DNA of 64,000 nt from an uncultured Gemmatimonadales bacterium (lineage in GTDB: Bacteria; Gemmatimonadota; Gemmatimonadetes; Gemmatimonadales; GWC2-71-9), in the NCBI GenBank assembly GCA_963821525.1, contig CAWGED010000006.1:42792-106791 (forward strand). The letters are read 5' to 3'. Below the pieces are notes generated by a model. That model had not been told where the DNA came from. It was given only the letters and a program-made list of their open reading frames with translations, and did not search any database. The position numbers were made by a program, and so were the translations under genes. Shown here one piece after another: positions 25,144 to 35,468 of this stretch (within the stretch, counting starts at the first letter, position 1; each line of letters opens with the position of its first letter).

Positions 25144-26061
25144 ATGTCCGACACCAACTCACTTCAGGCGCTCTCCGACGCCTTGGCCGGCGCGGTCGAA
25201 CGCGCCGCCCGTTCCGTCGTCGCGGTTCACGCCCGTCCCCGACTTCCTTCGAGCGGGGTCCATTGGCGGGATGGGCTGATCGTCACCACCGACGGCACCG
25301 TCCGCCGCACCGAAGGAATCACGGTGACTCTGCCCGACGGCCGCTCGGTGGCGGCCACACTCCAGGGCCGAGATCCGGGCACCGACTTGGCACTGCTCCG
25401 GATCGAGACTGGTCTGCTTCCCGTCGCCGAGCGCGCGACGACCAGTCTGAAGCCGGGCCACCTGGTCCTGGCCATCGGCCGGTTGGATGAAAACGGTCCC
25501 CGCACGAGCTTCGGCGCGGTGAGCAGCGTCGGCCCCGCCTGGCGCAGCTGGAAAGGCGGGGAGATCGACGCGCAACTGCAATCCGATCTCACGATCTACC
25601 CCGGCTTGGGAGGTGGGGCACTGGTGGACGTCTCCGGACAAATCCACGGCATCAACTCCGGTGGACTGAGCCGGCCGTTCGCGACGACCATTCCGGTTCA
25701 GACGGTGGAGCGGGTGATCACCGCCCTGTTGAACAAGGGTTACGTGGCCCGCGGCTACATCGGTGCCGCACTCCACGCGGTGCGCTTCTCCGACAAGGCG
25801 CGGGAGCGAATGAAGCTGTCGCACGGCGGCGGGGTGGTGGTGCTCGAGGTCGATGGAGACGGGCCGGCCGCTAACGCGGGTATCCTTCTGGGTGATGTGC
25901 TGGTCGGCGCCAACGGCGCAGCGCTCGACAGCCCTGAGGATCTGGTGAACCAGCTCGGGAGCGCCATGGTGGGCCGCAAGCTCAAACTCGACATCGTGCG
26001 CGGGGGCAGCCTGACCAGTGCCGAGCTGGTGGTAGGGGAGCGTCCCCGGAAGACCGCATGA
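25144..26061 (+). CDS. HtrA/S1C-like trypsin domain + PDZ protein with degenerate catalytic His and Ser
   Basis: SSGVHW..IVTTDGTV, TDLALLR, YPGLGGGALVD and a C-terminal PDZ (GYIG..GPAANAGILLGD). Confidence 0.8.
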   Translation: MSDTNSLQALSDALAGAVERAARSVVAVHARPRLPSSGVHWRDGLIVTTDGTVRRTEGITVTLPDGRSVAATLQGRDPGTDLALLRIETGLLPVAERATTSLKPGHLVLAIGRLDENGPRTSFGAVSSVGPAWRSWKGGEIDAQLQSDLTIYPGLGGGALVDVSGQIHGINSGGLSRPFATTIPVQTVERVITALLNKGYVARGYIGAALHAVRFSDKARERMKLSHGGGVVVLEVDGDGPAANAGILLGDVLVGANGAALDSPEDLVNQLGSAMVGRKLKLDIVRGGSLTSAELVVGERPRKTA

Positions 26062-26681
26062 CCGGACTCGCCGCGGCGTTCGACGCCCAGAATCGGCTGG
26101 CGGACCTGGCCGAACGGATCCGGCAGTCGACGGTTCAGCTGCAGGCCGGGCCGCACCAACTCGGCGCGGGCATCGCCTGGGGAGAGGATCTGGTGATCAC
26201 CAACGCGCACGTCGCGGTGGCCGACTCGCTCGAAGTGACCCGTCCGGATCGGCAAAGGCGTCAGGGCCGGCTCGTCGCCCGCGATCCGAAGAGGGACGTG
26301 GCCTTGCTGGAGGTGCCGCGGCTCGACCTCGCTCCAGTTTCACTGGGCGGTTCCGCTCGACTGCGGCCGGGGATGCTGGTCTTCGCCATCGGCCATCCGT
26401 TCGGCCTGGTCGGCGCACTCGCCACCGGCATCGTGCACGCGGTCGGCCCGGCGCCGTCGCAATGGATTCCCAACGTGGTCGCGGGGCGATTGCCGTGGCT
26501 GATGCTGGATATGGAGGTGGCGCCGGGCAATTCGGGTGGCCCGGTGCTCGACGCACATGGAGAGGTGGTCGGTATCACCACGATGATTGCCTTCGGCCTG
26601 ACCCTCGCGGTTCCGGGCGAAGCGGCGTTCCGCTGGGCCTCACACCAGCTCGGCCGCCGTCATTCGGAGCGAAGCGCCTGA
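26058..26681 (+). CDS. Trypsin-like (S1C) peptidase without PDZ
   Basis: ATGA overlap; intact ITNAHV, DVALL and APGNSGGPV motifs. Confidence 0.85.
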   Translation: MTGLAAAFDAQNRLADLAERIRQSTVQLQAGPHQLGAGIAWGEDLVITNAHVAVADSLEVTRPDRQRRQGRLVARDPKRDVALLEVPRLDLAPVSLGGSARLRPGMLVFAIGHPFGLVGALATGIVHAVGPAPSQWIPNVVAGRLPWLMLDMEVAPGNSGGPVLDAHGEVVGITTMIAFGLTLAVPGEAAFRWASHQLGRRHSERSA

Positions 26682-26830
26682 CTCCTGGTGCTGTCATTGC
26701 GAGGGAGCGAAGCGACCGAAGCAATCTCACCCACTCTCCTGGTCAGGAACGCGGGAGAGATTGCCGCGCCCTTCGCTCGCGATGACACTTACTGGGCCTC
26801 GCAATGACGAAGAGCATCGAGTTCTGATCC

Positions 26831-27421
26831 ATGCCCTCCCTTCGCGTCCTCATCCGCGGTTCCCCCCGATCCCTGGCAAACGACCGTGGTCTGCTCGAAA
26901 CCGATCCCGATATCGCGATCGTGACCGATCCCTCCCGTGCCGATGTGACGCTGCTGGACCTCACGGATAATGACGAGCCAACCCTGCTACCGCTGCCGAC
27001 CAATGGCACCCGCGTGCTGATTCTGATCGGTGAGTCGGCTCCCGCGTCACTTATGGCGGAGGTGCTGGCGAGCGAGGCGAGTGTCGTGACGGATGCGGTG
27101 TCGCGCGATCAGTTGGTGAGTGCGCTCCGCGCGGTGGCAGGCGGGCTCATGGTGCGGAATCGCTCAACCGTTCACGATGCCGTGCCGGTGCGCGCCCGAC
27201 CGTTGCCCGCGGATGACCCGTCCGACGCACTCACCCCGCGGGAGCGCGACATTCTTCGTCTCCTGGGCGACGGCCTCGCCAACCACGACATCGCCGCGAC
27301 GCTCGGCCTCTCGGATCACACCGTCAAGTTCCACCTGCGATCGATCTTCAGTAAACTCGGCGCCCACTCGAGAACCGAGGCGGTGAGTGTGGCGGTGCGG
27401 CGGGGGATGCTGTTGTTGTAA
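26831..27421 (+). CDS. LuxR/NarL-family regulator with degenerate receiver domain
   Basis: C-terminal LTPRERDILRLL..GLANHDIA..LGLSDHTVKFHLRSIFSKLG. Confidence 0.85.
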   Translation: MPSLRVLIRGSPRSLANDRGLLETDPDIAIVTDPSRADVTLLDLTDNDEPTLLPLPTNGTRVLILIGESAPASLMAEVLASEASVVTDAVSRDQLVSALRAVAGGLMVRNRSTVHDAVPVRARPLPADDPSDALTPRERDILRLLGDGLANHDIAATLGLSDHTVKFHLRSIFSKLGAHSRTEAVSVAVRRGMLLL

Positions 27422-27541
27422 GGACCTGAGGCCGCCGTCCCCATACGGCGCTGGCTCGGCTGACGAGAGAATGACATTCTTAGGGGTGCTCCGGAAGCTG
27501 GACAGGCGACAACGGTGAGGGGAACCGTGACGAGCGCGGCC

Positions 27542-28636
27542 ATGCTGCAGCAACAGATCCGATTCTGTAAGACGAACGACGGCGTGCGCCTGGCGTACGC
27601 GATCGTGGGCAAGGGACCCCCGCTGGTCAAGGCCTCCAACTGGCTCAGCCACGTCGAATACGACTGGCAGAGCCCGGTGTGGCACCCGTTCCTGGAGCAG
27701 CTGGCCCGGAACCGCACCGTCATCCGCTACGACGAGCGCGGGTGCGGACTCTCGGACTGGAATGTTGCGGACCTGTCGTTCGAGTCGTGGGTACGCGACC
27801 TCGAGACGGTGGCCGATGCGATCGGGCTCAGGCGGTTTCCGCTGCTGGGCATCTCGCAGGGTGGCCCGATCGCGGTGGCCTATACCATCCGCCATCCCGA
27901 GCGGGTGAGCCACCTCATCCTGTACGGCGCCTATGCGCGGGGCCTCCTCAAACGCGATCCGACGCCCATCCAGCGGATGGAGGTGGACACCCTCCTCAAC
28001 CTGATTCGGGTCGGCTGGGGCCGGGAGAACCCGGCCTTCCGGCAGGTCTTCACCTCCTTTTTCATCCCCGGCGGCACGTTGGAGCAGCTGCGCTGGTTCA
28101 ACGAGCTCCAGCGGGTCTCCACGTCGAGCGAAAACGCCGCCCGGCTGATGGCCGAATTCGCCACCATCGACGTGCGAGACCTCGCGCCCAAGGTTACCTG
28201 CCCGACGCTGGTGCTCCATGCGCGGGAGGACGCCCGGGTGCCGTACGAGGAGGGCCGGCTGCTGGCGGCTCTGATCCCGGACGCGCGGTTCGTCACCCTG
28301 GAAAGCCGGAACCACCTGCTGCTCGAAGGCGAGCCGGCGCTACGAAAGTTCATGACCGAGGTGGACGGGTTCCTCGGCACTTCGGTGGAGCCGGCGGCCG
28401 GCGCGATCCCGGCGGTCTCATTCGCGGCGCTGACCGCGCGCGAGGCGGAGATCCTGGACCTCATCGCACGCGGCCTCGACAACACGGAGATCGCCCATCG
28501 ACTCCAGATCAGCGCCAAGACGCTGCGCAACCACATCACCAACATCTTCGCCAAGCTGGGCCTGACCTCCCGCGCGCAGGCCATCGTTAAGGCTCGGGAC
28601 GCAGGGCTGGGCCTCGCGGGCCCCGACCCCTCCTAG
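27542..28636 (+). CDS. Alpha/beta-hydrolase fold + LuxR HTH transcriptional regulator
   Basis: DGVRLAYA, RYDERGCGLSD and GISQGG nucleophile elbow; C-terminal LTAREAEILDLIARG..KTLRNHITNIFAKL. Confidence 0.88.
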   Translation: MLQQQIRFCKTNDGVRLAYAIVGKGPPLVKASNWLSHVEYDWQSPVWHPFLEQLARNRTVIRYDERGCGLSDWNVADLSFESWVRDLETVADAIGLRRFPLLGISQGGPIAVAYTIRHPERVSHLILYGAYARGLLKRDPTPIQRMEVDTLLNLIRVGWGRENPAFRQVFTSFFIPGGTLEQLRWFNELQRVSTSSENAARLMAEFATIDVRDLAPKVTCPTLVLHAREDARVPYEEGRLLAALIPDARFVTLESRNHLLLEGEPALRKFMTEVDGFLGTSVEPAAGAIPAVSFAALTAREAEILDLIARGLDNTEIAHRLQISAKTLRNHITNIFAKLGLTSRAQAIVKARDAGLGLAGPDPS

Positions 28637-28841
28637 CCACCTGCCTCTCTGGTCTCCGGGGATCCTCCGGACACCCGGCGTGGGACAGCGGTCCCACGAA
28701 AATCGCCTCTCGGTCGAAAACTCAAACCTGATCTGGGACCGTGGCTTCATGTCTGGCCCGGTGCCCTGGCGTACGTTGTGCCCGCGCTCGGAATTGGCCG
28801 ACGCGCGAGGAGAACGTCACGCTCGACTGGAGATTCCGACC

Positions 28842-30254
28842 ATGGCCCGCTGGAAGCCTGACCCGACCTTTTACGCCAGCCCGGCTCTCGCCGGAGAGGC
28901 GCCCCCGGAAGACCTCGCCTACGTCGCCCTCCTCGCCTCGGTGGGGAGCGGCAAGCCCGACGCGATCGGCGTTGTGGATGCCAACCCGGCATCGTCCGGC
29001 TACGGCCGCCTGGTGGGCCAGGTGGACCTGCCCGAGGGCGGGAACGAGCTCCACCACTTCGGCTGGAACGCGTGCAGCTCGCACCTCTGCCCCTACGCCC
29101 CCAACGCCCACGTCGAACGCCGCTACCTGGTGGTGCCGGGCACCCACTCGTCGCGGATCCACATCATCGATACCAAGCCCGATCCGCGGCGTCCGGAGCT
29201 GGTGCGCGCAATCTCGGGCGAGACCGTGATGGCCGCGACCGGCTACGCCGCCCCGCACACGGTGCACTGCGGCCCCGACGGGATCTACCTGAACGCGCTG
29301 GGCGCCGTGGGTGGCGACGGTCCGGGCGGCATCTTCATGCTCGACCACGACACCTTCGAGGTGAAGGGGCGCTGGGAGCAGGAGCGCGGCCCGCAGCACC
29401 TGGCCTATGACTTCGCGTGGCATCTGGGCCACGACACGATGATCACGAGCGAGTGGGGCACGCCGAACATGGTGAAGGACGGCGTCAATCCCGAGCTGCT
29501 GCTGGCGGGCAAGTACGGCCACGCGCTCCATGTATGGGACCTGCGGCGGCGGCGCCACCTCGAGACCCTGGACCTCGGCGCCGAGCAGCAGATGGTGCTC
29601 GAGCTGCGTCCGGCGCACAACCCGGCGCGGGCCTACGGCTTCGTCGGCGTGGTGATCTCACTCAAGGATCTCTCGTCGTCCATCTGGATGTGGTACCGGG
29701 AGAGCACCAACGGCTCGGCACGCTGGAAGGTGAAGAAGGTGATCGAGATCCCGGCCGAGCCCGCGGCGGCCGAGGACCTGCCGCCGCTGCTGCAGGGATT
29801 CAAGGCGGTGCCGCCGCTGGTCACCGACATCAACCTCTCCGTGGATGACCGGTTCCTCTACGTGTCGTGCTGGGGCACCGGTGAACTCCGACAGTACGAC
29901 GTGAGCGATCCATTGCGGCCGGTGCTCACGGGCACGACGCGTATCGGCGGCATTGTGCGGCGGACGGCGCATCCGAGCGCCCCGGACCGCCCGCTCAACG
30001 GCGCACCGCAAATGGTCGAAGTGAGCCGCGATGGCCGGCGGGTGTACCTCACCAACTCGCTCTATACGCCCTGGGATGCGCAGTTCTATCCGGACGGAAT
30101 TCGCGGCTGGATGGTCAAGCTGGACGCGGACCCGAAGGGCGGGATGGCGCTCGACCCACGCTTCATGGTCGAGATGGAGGAGGGCCTGCGGCCGCACCAG
30201 GTGCGGCTCCAGGGCGGTGATGCCTCATCCGACTCCTTCTGTTTTCCCTCATGA
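28842..30254 (+). CDS. Selenium-binding protein SBP56 / methanethiol-oxidase-like beta-propeller
   Basis: WKPDPTFY, NELHHFGWNACSS, PHTVHC, SEWGTP, TDINLSVDDRFLYVSCWG and GGDASSDSFC. Confidence 0.92.
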   Translation: MARWKPDPTFYASPALAGEAPPEDLAYVALLASVGSGKPDAIGVVDANPASSGYGRLVGQVDLPEGGNELHHFGWNACSSHLCPYAPNAHVERRYLVVPGTHSSRIHIIDTKPDPRRPELVRAISGETVMAATGYAAPHTVHCGPDGIYLNALGAVGGDGPGGIFMLDHDTFEVKGRWEQERGPQHLAYDFAWHLGHDTMITSEWGTPNMVKDGVNPELLLAGKYGHALHVWDLRRRRHLETLDLGAEQQMVLELRPAHNPARAYGFVGVVISLKDLSSSIWMWYRESTNGSARWKVKKVIEIPAEPAAAEDLPPLLQGFKAVPPLVTDINLSVDDRFLYVSCWGTGELRQYDVSDPLRPVLTGTTRIGGIVRRTAHPSAPDRPLNGAPQMVEVSRDGRRVYLTNSLYTPWDAQFYPDGIRGWMVKLDADPKGGMALDPRFMVEMEEGLRPHQVRLQGGDASSDSFCFPS

Positions 30255-30904
30255 TCTCGCCAGCGACCTGGCCGTGGGCGGCCCTCGCAGTGCTGGGCGG
30301 CGTCCACGGCCTCAATCCCGGCATGGGCTGGCTGTTCGCGGTCGCGCTAGGGATGCAAGAGAAGAATCGTCGGGCGGTCTGGGGCGCCCTGCTGCCGCTC
30401 GCGGCAGGGCACGCGCTCGCCATTGCCACTGCCATCGCCGTGGCGGGCGCGGTTGGCCTGGTGGTGCCGACCGGCAGCATCCGTTGGATCGTGGCCGCCA
30501 CCCTGCTCGTGCTCGGTGTGGTGCGGCTGCGGCGCCACCGCCACCCCCGCTGGGTGGGCATGCGGGTGGGTGCGCGGGATCTCACGCTGTGGTCGTTCCT
30601 GATGGCGTCGGCCCACGGGGCGGGGCTCATGGCCCTTCCGTTCGTTCTGGCCGCGACGGATCCGGCCGTCGCCGAGCACCACCACGCCCACGGCGCGGCG
30701 ATGTCCTCCCTGCCGCCGGGCGCAATGACCGGTCTGCTGGCCACCGCGGCCCACACAGTCGGCTACCTCGTGGTGCTGGCGCTGATGGCCGCGCTGGTCT
30801 ACGAGCGGCTCGGCCTTCGACTGCTCCGGACCGCATGGGTCAACCTCGACCTGGTCTGGGCCGGTGCCCTGACGTGCACTGCGGTACTGACCGTGCTGGT
30901 CTGA
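30251..30904 (+). CDS. Integral membrane protein coupled to SBP56
   Basis: ATGA overlap; multiple TM helices with HGLNPGMGWLFAVA, WSFLMASAHGAGLM and WVNLDLVW. Confidence 0.8.
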   Translation: MISPATWPWAALAVLGGVHGLNPGMGWLFAVALGMQEKNRRAVWGALLPLAAGHALAIATAIAVAGAVGLVVPTGSIRWIVAATLLVLGVVRLRRHRHPRWVGMRVGARDLTLWSFLMASAHGAGLMALPFVLAATDPAVAEHHHAHGAAMSSLPPGAMTGLLATAAHTVGYLVVLALMAALVYERLGLRLLRTAWVNLDLVWAGALTCTAVLTVLV

Positions 30905-31143
30905 AAGCCGGTTACTGGGGAAGATCCTAGCAAAAGCGGGAACAGGGGAACGGCGAACAGGAACGGGAGAAGCGAGAGCCTGTCCCGAGCAAGGCGAGGG
31001 AATCCAAATGCTTGGAAGTCGCGGAATCTTCGGCATCGGGATTCCTCGTCGCTTCGCTCCTCGGAATGACATCGGTCGTTCACTGAAGTGCGTAGAACCC
31101 GTTCCCCCTCGCCCGCTAGGGAGAGGGGGACAGGGGGTGAGGT

Positions 31144-32576
31144 TTACAACCCGAGCGAGCCCACCACGTTGATACGGCCTTTACCATAGAGTGCGTCGGT
31201 CCCCGCCGCACCGAGGTCGTCCGAACCGGCCTGGATCGCGTTCTTGATGGCACCCGGGTCCCGTCCGTACTTCTCGACCAGGAGTGCCGCCAAGCCCGAC
31301 GTATGTGGAGCAGCCTGGCTGGTGCCCTGAACCCCCAGGACGAACGTGCCCGTGCCGCAGATCCCCAGACCGGGGACCAGGCTGAAGTGGGTGCATGCGG
31401 CGTACACAAAACTCACGCCCGCGGTGAGCGTGCCCCAGCCGCCCGGCGAGGCCACGTTGATGACTGAGCGCCCGAAGTTGGAGTAGGCCGCGACCGCGTC
31501 GATGTTGGTGTAGGGGCCGTTCACGCTGGCCTGCGCCGTGGGTCCCGTCGCGGACACGCAGATCACTGCCGGAGTGTTGCAATACGTCTTGTAACCGCTC
31601 TTGTCGTGGTCCAGGTCGATCGCGGCATTCCCAGCCGATACCACGATGGTCACGCCCTGATTCTTGGCAAAATTGAACGCCCGGTTGATGACCGATACGA
31701 AGCCGGGGAAGTTCTTTTTGTCGAACGAGCCGCCGAGGCTCATGTTGATCACATCGACGCCGGCTCCGTTCGGACCAAGGGGCGACGCCGCGTACATGAG
31801 GCCGTCAAGAACGCTGCTGCCCACGCTGGATCCGTTGGCGCCGAGCACCTTCACGGCGACCAGGGTGACCCTGGAGGTGACCCCAGCCGCGGCCAATGCG
31901 TTGCTGCTCACGGTGGCGGCCACGTGGGTGCCATGGAAATGCAGGTCGATCCAGTCCGGTTGACCCGGGAAGTGCGCTGCCACCAGGGCCGCATCGCCGG
32001 GGACGAAGTTTCGGGAGGCGGCCATGTCGACCCGGCCCTGCAGATCGAGGTGGGTGTAGTCGATGCCGGTATCCAGAATGCCGACCCGCGTGCTGGCGGA
32101 CCCGAGCTTGCCCTGGGCCCAGGCGTCATTCGCGTGAATGGCGCGCATGCCGTTCCACTGGCGGGGGAAGAAGAACGCGGTGGCCGGCGCCGATGGGCTC
32201 TCCACTGCATCCGAGGCGGCCGCCTCGGCCTCGGTGACGGCGACAGGGGCATCCAGCTCGATATCGAGGTCAGGAATCGCCTGTACTACGCTGCCCTTAC
32301 CCACCAGGCTCGTGGCCTGCGCGTCAGTCAGCCCCTCGGCATAGGCCACGCCGATCTGGGAGTAGGTCGTGGAGACGTGCCGCCCATCGCCTGAACCCGG
32401 CTCGCGAAATCGGACGGAATCCAGTTACCGCTGAAGGCGACAATGTGGCGGCCGTTGCCGGCGGCTGCGGCCCGAGCGCCGACGGGGGTCAGGCTCGGCG
32501 ACGTGGATTCATCGCGACAGGCGACGAGGGTGGCAAGGATGAGTGCGGCGAGGGCTGATCTGGTGATGCGACTCAT
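31144..32576 (-). CDS. S8 (subtilisin-like) peptidase lipoprotein, frameshift near 32370
   Basis: Lipobox LVAC; catalytic motifs ILDTG, HGTHVA, SAGN and GTSQAAPH. Confidence 0.9.
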
Positions 32577-33075
32577 GAAAACCTCCTGGAAAGGCGGCGG
32601 GGGGATACGGATTTGGGATACGGATCGGTGGTGCGGATCAGCCGCTGCGGATAGAGAAGTTCAGATCCGGCGAATCGGTGCGGCGGACCGCGGGTACGAT
32701 ATTCCAGATGACCCGGGCGGGCAGTGATGCGGATCTCTTGCGGGAATCTTTCGGCGTCGAGGCGGGGAGACGGGTGTGAGCGGTGTCTGCGGGAATCGTT
32801 CGGCGTCGAGGACCTGAACCCCCTGTCCCCCTTCCCGAATGGTGAAGGGGGAACCGTGTCCGAGAGCTCCTCGAATAAGTAATTTGCGAAGTTCGGTCAT
32901 TCCAGGGAGCGCAGCGAGAGCCTGTCCCGAGCGTAGCGAGGGGAAGCAATCTCACCCGCTATCCATGTCTACCTGCGCAGAGGGAAACGGGGGTCCTCGG
33001 TAGGGAGGCTGGGAGAGATTGCTTCGCCCCTGAGCGGGGCCTCGCAAGGACACCATGGGCGAGCCGCCGAGCCGT

Positions 33076-34590
33076 TCACCTGGCCTCCTCCCTCGCCCGC
33101 CCCGGCAACGTGATCCGGTAGTCCATCCCGAACTCCGCCGGATACTCGAACGCAAGCCTTCCATTGTTCTCGGCGATTATCCTCTGCACGATCGCAAGGT
33201 CGACGGCGTCTCCCCTCTTTCTGTGCCCAGGGAAATAGGAATAGACCCACTTCTCCAAGGCGGTTTGCGGACTCCCCCGACAGCTCACCATCATGGTCAC
33301 GCCTCGCGTTGGGTCCACAAGATCAGCTTGGGCCGAGACCGTGACATATCCCTTGGCCGGCGTGCACTTGACTGCATTGTCGATGACGAGTCCGAGTGCC
33401 TCGGACAACTGAGCCGGGTCTATTGCGACGGCTGGCAGCTTGGAAGAAATGTCGGCGTGCAGCTTGATCCCCTGGCGTTGAGCGCGCTCCTCGAGCGAGC
33501 GTACCAGGTCACGAATCATGTCGCTGGGGTCGAACCCGGCCACGCCGATTGAAACACGCGGGATGATGCGATCGGCCTCCTCCTCCAGTGGTCGCGCATA
33601 GCGCTCCGATGCCAGGGCGGTGATGGCGGTGCGTATGGCCTCGGTTCCTTCTTGAGCCGGCACCGTGAAATCCTGTCCCGCCTCCTCAGGATCGGCATCC
33701 CAGGCGTCGAACCGATCGAGTATCTGGAGGACCGACGGCACCACCGCTCCCGAGCGTTCACTGAACCAGTAGCCGAACAGGTGCCAGAGAGTGCTTTGGA
33801 ACCGGGGGTCACCATCGAGTGTCCCGAGAGCCCGGTACAGTCCGTCACTGAGAAAGAGGAATCCGCGCAGCCCCCGCAGGGCATCATCGAGGATGTCCCG
33901 CTGTTCGCGGGGTCGCGCCAGCCGCTCGGCCAACTGTGCCGGCTCGCTGACGACTTGGAACAGGTGCTCCCGCGTGTAACCCCTGATCTGAAAATCGTCC
34001 GCCAAAGCCAGAAAGACCTGCACCTCCGGATTGCGGATGAAACGGGTCTCGAGTTCGAGAATGCGCTGCAAGGCGGCGACTTGGCGAGGCCCGCGGTGCA
34101 CCTGAACGGAGCCAAAACCCTCGAGGCGGGCACGGAATAATTGAGGAAGCAGCAGTGGATAGTGCGACTCGTAATACGTTCGGACTTCCCGGCGTTCCAG
34201 GATCCGGGTTGCCTGCGCCCGAAACTCACCGTCCATCGGCGCTACATAGTCGACCTGTGTCGCAATCTCCAGAACGGAGTAGCAGGTCAGCAGATCATCC
34301 AGTGCCGCACGATCAATAATCTCCTGAGGATCGCTGATCTTTCTGGTCCGGTGGTCCCGGAGTACCACCTCGAGATCCCTTGGGTAGGTCTGGCGCTCCA
34401 CCGAGTCGAAGAGGTCGATCGCCCGCGGCGCCTCCGTGTCGTCGTAGTAGAGTTGCAGCAGGTCCTGGAGATTGTGGTACTGAAGTTCAGAGGAGATCTC
34501 GAAAGGCGTGTCGAGGTCCGGTACAACCGGCTCGATCCATTCCGCTTCGGGTTCGTCCGGTTCCGGGTAACCTTGTTCTTGCTCGGCCAT
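33076..34590 (-). CDS. Unknown helical domain fused to a degenerate HATPase_c domain
   Basis: C-terminal DPAQLSEALGLVIDNAVKCTP..LAIVQRIIAENNGRL...YRITLP resembles HATPase_c, but the G boxes are altered and no H-box is seen. Confidence 0.65.
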   Translation of the reverse strand: MAEQEQGYPEPDEPEAEWIEPVVPDLDTPFEISSELQYHNLQDLLQLYYDDTEAPRAIDLFDSVERQTYPRDLEVVLRDHRTRKISDPQEIIDRAALDDLLTCYSVLEIATQVDYVAPMDGEFRAQATRILERREVRTYYESHYPLLLPQLFRARLEGFGSVQVHRGPRQVAALQRILELETRFIRNPEVQVFLALADDFQIRGYTREHLFQVVSEPAQLAERLARPREQRDILDDALRGLRGFLFLSDGLYRALGTLDGDPRFQSTLWHLFGYWFSERSGAVVPSVLQILDRFDAWDADPEEAGQDFTVPAQEGTEAIRTAITALASERYARPLEEEADRIIPRVSIGVAGFDPSDMIRDLVRSLEERAQRQGIKLHADISSKLPAVAIDPAQLSEALGLVIDNAVKCTPAKGYVTVSAQADLVDPTRGVTMMVSCRGSPQTALEKWVYSYFPGHRKRGDAVDLAIVQRIIAENNGRLAFEYPAEFGMDYRITLPGRAREEAR

Positions 34591-34605
34591 GGAGTCCTAC
34601 CGCAT

Positions 34606-35440
34606 CTAGATGTGAGGCAGCAGGTGGCCGATCGGAATGGCATACCCTGAATCCGGTTTGCACACGCCGATATGCCCCATACCCTTGACGACTTTGGGAC
34701 CCGGATCGGCGCAGAAGCGCACCGCTTTGACGATCCGATCCTTGTCTCCCATCACGACTACCTTCGCCTTGAGAGCCCCGAAACTGCCTTTCAGAAGCAG
34801 CGCATCGGTGTCCTTCTCCAGCTTCTTGAGAGCGTCGGAACCGGGTTCGAGATCGGACAGCACCTGGGCGAAGGCCTTGGCGCCAGACTTGGCCAGCGCA
34901 CCGAAACGGGCAGGGAATGCGTTCATGGCTTCATCGGCGAGCGGCAGTATCGCCGCCCCCGTATGCGCCGGGGCGAAGAGAACCAGGGCAATCCTGGAGA
35001 TCCAGGTCGCGGGAGGCGTGTCCATTGCAGCTTGAATCAGGGCCTCGCGGACCACGATGGCGCCGAGGGAATGCGCCACCAGGGTTATTGCCTGGTACTG
35101 GAAGAGCGGGTCGGAGCGACGCGCGTCCTTGAGCGTTGGCTGAATTGCCTGCGTGTAGGGATCGGTAGCGAGCGCCTGCAGAAACTCGAGAAACTGGGCG
35201 GCGCTGACTGGAGCCTGCTTGGTGAGCGAGTCGTATCCGTAGAAGAGAAGATCGCGGCCGGCACACTGGGGCTGCAGCGGTAGCAGACTGAGAGAACTGG
35301 TCCCAGGTCGCCTCGGCCTGGCCTCCAAACCCATGCACGAAGACGACCGCACGTCCTACCGGCTGTATAGCCCAGCGAACGCTGCTTTCATCGCCCCACG
35401 GGAGTGGTCGCGACTGGTAGTGGGTCTGCGCCTGCGTCAT
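34606..35440 (-). CDS. Alpha/beta hydrolase (esterase/lipase-like), frameshift near 35290
   Basis: VVFVHGFGG, FYGYDS, LVAHSLGAIV, LFAPAHTG and GHIGVCKP. Confidence 0.8.
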
Positions 35441-35468
35441 AGTAGGTCCTGCCAAGATACTAATGATG

